64,000 nucleotides of DNA from the human T2T-CHM13v2.0 reference genome, Homo sapiens, in assembly GCF_009914755.1 (NCBI RefSeq), contig NC_060930.1. One strand, given 5' to 3'. The translations under genes and the position numbers were made by a program. A model generated the notes under the pieces. That model ran no database searches. It saw only the letters and a program-made list of their open reading frames with translations, and had not been told where the DNA came from. Positions 57,010-64,000 of this stretch are shown here, piece by piece. Numbering within the stretch: position 1 is the first letter of the stretch; every line of letters begins with the position of its first letter.

Positions 57010-60000
57010 ATGACAGGATCAAATTCACATATAACAATATTAACCTTAAATGTAAATGGGCTAAATGCCCCAATTAAAAGATACAGAATGGCAAGCTAGA
57101 TAAAGAGTCAAGACCCATCAGTGTGCTGTATTCAATAGACGCATATCACATGCAAAGACACACATAGGCTCAAAATAAAGGAGTGGAGGATAACTTACCA
57201 AGCAAATGGAAATCATAAAAAGCAGGGGTTGCAATCCTACTTTCTGACAAAACACACTTTAAACCAACAAAGATAAAAAAATACAAAGAATGGCATTACA
57301 TAATGGTAAAGGGTTCAATTGAACAAGAAGAACTAACTATCCTAAATATATATGCACCCAGTATAAGAGCACCCAGATTCATAAAACAAGTTCTTAGAGA
57401 CCTACAAAGTCTCTAATAATAGTGGGAGACTTTAACACCCCACTGTCAATATTAAACAGATCATAGAGACAGAAAATTAACAAAGATATTCACGACTTGA
57501 AATCAGCTCAGATCAAGTGGACCTGATAGATATGTACAGAGCTCTCCATCCCAAAACAACAGAATATGCATTCTTCTCAGTACCACATGGCACTTACTCT
57601 AAAATCAATCACATAATTGGAAGTAAAACACTCCTCAGCAATAACAAACAGTCTCCCAGACCACATGCAATCAAATTAGAACTCAAGATTAAGAAACTCA
57701 CTCAAAACCACACAACTACATGGAAATTGATCAACCTGCTCCTGAATGACTCCTGAGTAAATAATAAAATTAAGGCAGAAATCAAGAAGCTCTTTGAAAC
57801 TAATAAGAACAGACAACATACCAGAATCTCTGGGATGCAGCTGAAGCAGTGTTAGAGGGAAATTTATAGCACTAAATGCCCACATCAGAAAGCTAGAAAG
57901 ATCTCAAATCAATATATAACATCACAACTAAAAGAACTAGAGAACCAAGTGCAAACAAACCCCAAAGCAAGGAGAAGACAGGAAATAATCAAGATCATGG
58001 CAGAACTGAAGGAAATAGAGACACAAAAAAACCTTCAAAAAATCAGTGAATCTAGGAGATGGTTTTTTTGAAAAAAAAATTAATAAAATAAATAGACCAC
58101 TAGCTAGATTAATAAAGAAGAAAAGAGAGAAGAATCAAACAGACAAAATAAAAAATGATAAAGGGAATATCACCACTGACCCCACAGAAATACAAACAAC
58201 CATCAAAGAATGCTAAAACACCTCTATGCAAATAAACTAGAAAATCTAGAATAAATGGATAAATTTCTGGACACATGCACCCTCCCAAGACTGAACCAGG
58301 AAGAAGTGAATCCCTGAATAGACCAATAATGAGTTCTGAAATTGAAGCAGTAATAAATAGTCCACAAATTTTTTTTAAAAAGCCCAGGACCAGATGGATT
58401 TACAGCTGAATTCTACTAGAGGTACAAACAGGAACTGGCACCATTTCTTCTGAAACGCTTCCAAACAATTGAAAAGGAGGGACTCCTTAACTCATTTTAT
58501 GAGGCCCGCATCATCCTGGTACCAAAACCTGGAAAAGATACAACAAAAAAGGAAAACTTCAGGCCAATACCTCTGATGAACATTGATGCAAAAATCGTCA
58601 ATAAAATACTGGCAAACCGAATACAGCAGCACATCTAAAAGCTTATTCACCACAATCAAGTTGCCTTCACCCCCAAGATGCAAGACTGGTTTGACATACA
58701 CAAATCGGTAAAATTTATCACATAAACAGAACTAAAGACAAAAACCACATGATTATCTGAACAGACACAGAAAAGGCCTTCTATAAAATTCAACATCCCT
58801 GCATGTTTAAAACTCTCAAAAAAACTAGGTATTGATGAACACATCTCAAAATAGTAAGAGCCATTTATGACAAACCTACATCCAATATTATACTGACTGG
58901 GCAAAAGCTGGAAGCATTCCTCTTTAAAACTGGCATGCACAAGATAAGAATGCCCTCGCTCACCACTCCTATTCAACATAATATTGGGAGTTCTAGCCAG
59001 GGCAATCAGGCAAGAGAAAGAAATAAAGGGTATTGAAATAGGAAGAGAGGAAGTTGAATTGTCTCTGTTTGCATATGACATGATTCTACATCTAGAAAAT
59101 CCCATCATCTCAGCCCCAAAGCTTCTTAAGCTGATAAGCAACTTCAGCAAAGTCTCAGGATACAAAATCAATATGCAAAAATTGCAAGCATTCCTGTAAA
59201 CCAACAACAGACAAGCAGAGAGCCCAATTATGAATGAACTCCCATTCACAATTGCCATAAAGAGAACAAAATATCTAGGAATATAGCCAACAAGAGAAGT
59301 GAAATACCTCTTCAAGGAAAACTACAAACCACTACTCAAGGAAATCAGAGAGGACACAAATAAATGGAAAAACATTCCATGCTCATGGATAGGAAGAATC
59401 AGTATCATGAAAATGGCAATACTTCCCAAAGTAGCTTATACATTCAATGCTATTCCCATTAAACTACCATTGACATTCTCCACATTACTAGAAAAAAAAA
59501 CTATTTTAAATTTCATATGGAAACAAAAAAGATCCCCTATAGCCAACACAACACTAAGCCAAAAGAAGAAAGCTGGAGGCATCATGCTGCCTGACTTCAA
59601 GCTATACTACAAGGCTACAGTGACCTAAACAGCATGGTACTGGTACAAAAAACAGACATATAGACAAATGGAACGGAATAGAGAACTCAGAAATAAGACT
59701 GCACGCCTACAACCATCTGATCTTTGACAAACCTGACAAAAACAAGCAATGGGGAAAGGATTCCCTATTTAATAAATAGTGCTGGGATAACTGGCTAGCC
59801 ATATGCAGAAAAATGAAACTGGACCCCTCCCTTACACCTTATACAAAAAATAACTCAAAATAGGTTAAATGCTTACATGTAAAACCCAAAACTGTAAAAC
59901 CCTAGAAGAAAATCTAAGCAATACCATTCAGGATATAGGCATAGGCAAAGATTTCATGATGAAAACATGAAAAGCAATTGCAACAAAAGCAAAAATTGAC

Positions 60001-60801
60001 AATGGGATCTAATTAAACTAAAGAGTTCTGCACAGCAAAAGAAACTATCATCAGAGCAAACAGACAACACACAGAATGGGGGAAAATTTCTGCAATCTAT
60101 TTATCTGGCAAATGTCTAATGTTCACAATCTACAAGGAACTTGAACAAATTTACAAGAAAAAACAAACAACCCCATTAAAAAATGGGCAAAGGACATGAA
60201 CAGACACTTCTCAAAAGAAGACATACATGTGGCCAACAAGCATATGAAAGAAAGCTCAACATCACTGGTCATCAGAGAAATGCAAATCAAAACCACAATG
60301 AGATACCATCTCACACCAGTCAGAATGGCAATTATTAAAAAGTCAAGATACAACAGATGCTGGCAAAGTTGTGGAGAAATAGGAATGCTTTTACACTGTT
60401 GGTAGGAATGTAAATTAATTCAACCATCGTGGAAGACAGTGTGGCAATTCCTCAAAGATTTAGAACTCAAAATACCATTTGACCCAGCAAACCCAAATCC
60501 CTTTTGTATATACCCAAAGGAATATAAATCATTCTATTATAAAGATACATGCACATATATGTCCATTGCAGAACTATTCACAATAGCAAAGACATGGAAT
60601 GAACCCAAATGCCCATCAATGATAGGCTAGATTTTTTAAATGTGGTATATATACACCATGGAATACTATGCAGCCATAAAAAGGAATGAGAGCATGTCCT
60701 TTGCAGGGGTATGGATGGAACTGGAAGCCAATATCCTCAGCTAACTAATGCAGGAACAGAAAACCAAACACCACGTGTTCTCACTTATAAGTGGGAGCTG
60801 A
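57010..60801 (+). pseudogene. L1 ORF2p (endonuclease/reverse transcriptase) remnant
   Basis: Starts MTGSNSHITILTLNVNGLNAPIKR with TAG at codon 30; RT motif FADD reads FAYD; many frameshifts. Confidence 0.9.
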
Positions 60802-61164
60802 ACAATGAGAATGCATGGACACAGGAAGGGGAACAACACACACTGGGGGCTGTCAGGAGGGTGAAGGGAGGTAAAACATCAGGAAAAATAGCTAATGCAT
60901 GTTGGGTTTAATCCCTAGGTGATAGGATGATAGGTGCAGCAAATCACCATCGCATACATTTACCTGTGTAACAAACCTCCACATCCTGCACATGTACCCT
61001 GGAACTTAAAATAGAAAAAAATAAAATAAAATAAAATAAATAAATGTAAAAACTTAGCCTGTTAAAATAAGGCTAGAATCAGTACAATTATTTCATCCAG
61101 TAGTATTTCATTCTTACAACAGTAAACCATAGCGTTTCCTCTATATTTAAATAATTTTCTTCTA

Positions 61165-61235
61165 AAACAGGGGTCAAAAAACTAATCCAGTCTGCACCTA
61201 TTTCTGTAAATAAAGTTTTATTGGCACACAGCCAT
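61165..61235. mobile_element. MER58-like hAT fragment
   Basis: caggggtc..aaaact...gtaaataaagttttattggcacacagccatg. Confidence 0.55.
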
Positions 61236-61504
61236 GTCCCCCCTCCAAAAAAAAAAAGAAAAAGAAAAAGAAAAAAGAACATCCGAATATATGATTGTAA
61301 AAGAGAAAGAGATAATTTTTTCATAAAGAAGGTTGGACCACCAACACCTTTCTATATGCTCTATAATTCTGCTAAAGAGAATAAAAGTAGTGCTGGAAAA
61401 ATATATTTAACTATAGAACCACAATAAAAAAAATCATGTATTTCTTATATACTCTACAACTGGAGGTTACATTGAGTTATATTCTACACAATTTAAAATT
61501 CTGT

Positions 61505-61710
61505 TTTTAAATTTTTTAACTTTTATGGATTTAGGGGTATGAGTGCAGTTGTATTACATGGATATATGTGTAATGGTGGGCTTTAGTGTACCACCACCCA
61601 AATAGTGTACGGTGTACCCAGTAGGTAGTATTTCATCCCTCATCCCCCTTCCACACTCCCACATTCTGGAGTCTTCAATGGCTATTATTCCACTCTGTAT
61701 GTTCATGTTA
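61505..61710 (-). mobile_element. L1PB/L1MA1-like 3' end fragment
   Basis: gatttaggggtatgagtgcagttgtattacatggatata...cacccaaatagtgtac..tgtaccca.taggtag. Confidence 0.75.
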
Positions 61711-61939
61711 CTCAAAAAATTAGGTTTTGGCTATTAACAGAAATCTATAGAATTTTTTTATCACTTTCCTTTTTTCTTATTTTGATAGATCTTTTAATTA
61801 TTATGATTATTTGCTACAAACATTTTGAAATAAAAAGTACATTTGGGCCAAATTTTATGATTTTTTTACCCTATTACCAAATCACATTACTTCATGTGTT
61901 TGCCAAGGTCTTCAAGCAAAAGAATAATGTAAATATTTA

Positions 61940-62152
<213 letters not shown>

Positions 62153-62319
62153 TTAAAACAAAGTATTACCATGTTTAATATCTCAGTTATTATTAATAGC
62201 ATTATGTATTATTAACATATTATGTATGCTATAGTATATATAACTATAAAATATAATTCAAACTCGAAGCATGTCAATAAAAATAATCTGACCCCAGAAT
62301 GAGGGTATTCCTCCTTTAA

Positions 62320-63830
62320 TTCATTCCTCTAATCAATACATATTTGTTGAACACATTTTTGTGCAGACACTGGGCTAGGTAGAAAGGTTCAATGGTGAAT
62401 TAGCCCTTTCCAGAGTGTGTGATTTAGCAGTGCAGACCAACAAGAAACAACAAGAAAGTGACAGTGGCAGAGCAGAAGGTGCAACGGTAAGACAAAGCAA
62501 GAACATCAGACACAGCAGGAGGAAGGCTCAGGGATGACTTTGCCAGAGAAGTGTGGCTAGGTTGAAATACAAAGGATAAAGAGAAGTTAGACAAGCAGAA
62601 GGGTTTTGGAAGGGAGCAGAAGACAGAATTTAGACATTGAGGGACAATCCTAGGAGGGAAACGGGGGGCAGATCTGAGAAGATTTGTGACCTATGTTAAG
62701 AAATCGGTCAAAGATGTTGAGGGCTTTTAATATGGGCAGAGACACAATCAGACAATGATCACTGTCTCCAGTGAAATTGTGTCCTGAAAGTGGATCAGAC
62801 AGCACAAGACTAGAATCAGAAAGACCTGTTGGGAAGCTATGGCAATCATTCACACAGGTTGATCGGGTCAGGGTATGTATTAGTCTGTTTCACGCTGCTG
62901 ATAAAGACATACCTGAGACTGGGCAATTTACAAACAAAAGAGATTTAATTGGACTTACAGTTCCATGTGGCTGGGGAAGCCTCACAATCATGGCAGAAGG
63001 CAAGGAGGAGGAAGTTCCATCTTACATGGATGGCAGCAGCCAAAGAGAGAATGAGAAATACGCAAAAGGGGAAACCGCTGATAAAACCATCAGATCTGGT
63101 GAAACTTATTCACTACCATGAGAATAGTATGGGGGAAACTGTCCTCATGATTCAGTTGTCTCCCACCAGGTCCCTCCCACAACACATAGGAATTATGGGA
63201 GCTGCAATTCAAGATGAGATTTGGGTGGGGACACGGAGCCAAACCATATCAGAATAGTACTCCCAGCATGAAGAGAAGTGAACAACAACAACAACAAAAA
63301 ACGATTTAGGAAATAGAAAAAGAAAATAGACCTTAGTAATTGACTAGATCTGGCAATGTAGAGAAGGCAATGTCAAAAATAAGCCCTAGGTTTTAGCTCA
63401 GTTGTAGCTAGAAAGAAAACAATGAGTTCAATGAAGCATGGAGGTAAGAAAGAACTTGGTTTCAATCCCACCTTGGCCACTTATTTCAAGCTGTGTTGGA
63501 AGAGGTTGAGGGGTAGGAGAGTGAAAGTTGCCTGGCACATGTTCTATGGCTTTCATCTCCATGTGTTTGGTGATACCATCCATTGAAATAGCCAGGGGGA
63601 TGCCAATTTAGAGAAGGAGATGATGAGTTTAATCTCGGACATGTTGAAATACCTATGGGACACTCAAGAGGCCACGTCTAATAGGCACTTGGATATACAG
63701 ATCTCAAGCAAAAAAGAAGGGTTTTTAGCAGGTAAAATAGATTTGGAATTTAAAAAAATGTTAACTCTTCCAAAGAGATGCTGGACTCCAAAGAATATCA
63801 ACATTTAAGGAGTACAGAAAGGAAATGGAG
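62320..63830 (-). mobile_element. L2 fragments, split by a THE1 LTR
   Basis: ttcattcc...gtgcagacactgggctagg...; atgatgagttt...ggacatgttga...aggcacttggatatacag. Confidence 0.65.
62876..63251 (-). mobile_element. THE1 (B/C-like) solo LTR
   Basis: tgtattagtctgtttcacgctgctgataaagacatacctgagactggg...gagatttgggtggggacac..agccaaaccatatca. Confidence 0.93.
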
Positions 63831-64000
63831 ACATCAAGTGATCCACTGCTAAGGCCAATTTGTCATCAATCAACACAGTTATATACTAATTAGAGTGGTG
63901 AGACTTAATTTTTTGAGAAAAAAACAATTACTACTTTTCGATGGGAACAAAAGAGTTAGAAATATTAATAACCCTTCCTGGTAGATAGTAAACAAGGTGG

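Larger units (their letters stand above)
55117..61045 (+). mobile_element. Full-length inactive L1 (L1PA10/11-like), about 5.9 kb
   Basis: 5' ggggccaagatggccgactagaagcagc (YY1 site), ORF1 and ORF2 remnants, 3'UTR catcaggaaaaatagctaatgcatg...ggaacttaaaat and an (AAAAT)n tail. Confidence 0.96.

Noticed and set aside
58656-59315. 219-aa minus-strand ORF, the longest in the window
   Set aside because: It is the antisense reading of L1 ORF2.

Overview
AT-rich, repeat-dense human/primate genomic DNA. It contains AluY/S/J, L1PA/L1PB/L1M, THE1/MST/MLT MaLR LTR elements, Tigger3, L2 and MIR. I find no supportable protein-coding gene, RNA gene or CRISPR array: the ORF-track entries are short and either transposon-derived or chance. 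The main elements are a two-LTR THE1 (7584-10007), a two-LTR MSTA (29730-32178), a twin-primed inverted L1PA with a 17-bp TSD (18932-20048), a dead full-length L1PA10/11-like element (55117-61045), and an 8 x 39-bp minisatellite inside an LTR-like segment (50206-50517). I did not find a new biological system. The most unusual items are (i) a 143-bp copy of the THE1's own internal sequence inserted into its 3' LTR with scrambled flanks, (ii) a non-coding exon candidate with a perfect TACTAAC branch point (45752-45927), and (iii) a strong CTCF-like motif next to a TF-motif-dense unique segment (about 3.99-4.6 kb). Repeat subfamily names come from recalled consensus sequences, not from a RepeatMasker run, and boundaries of old repeats are approximate.
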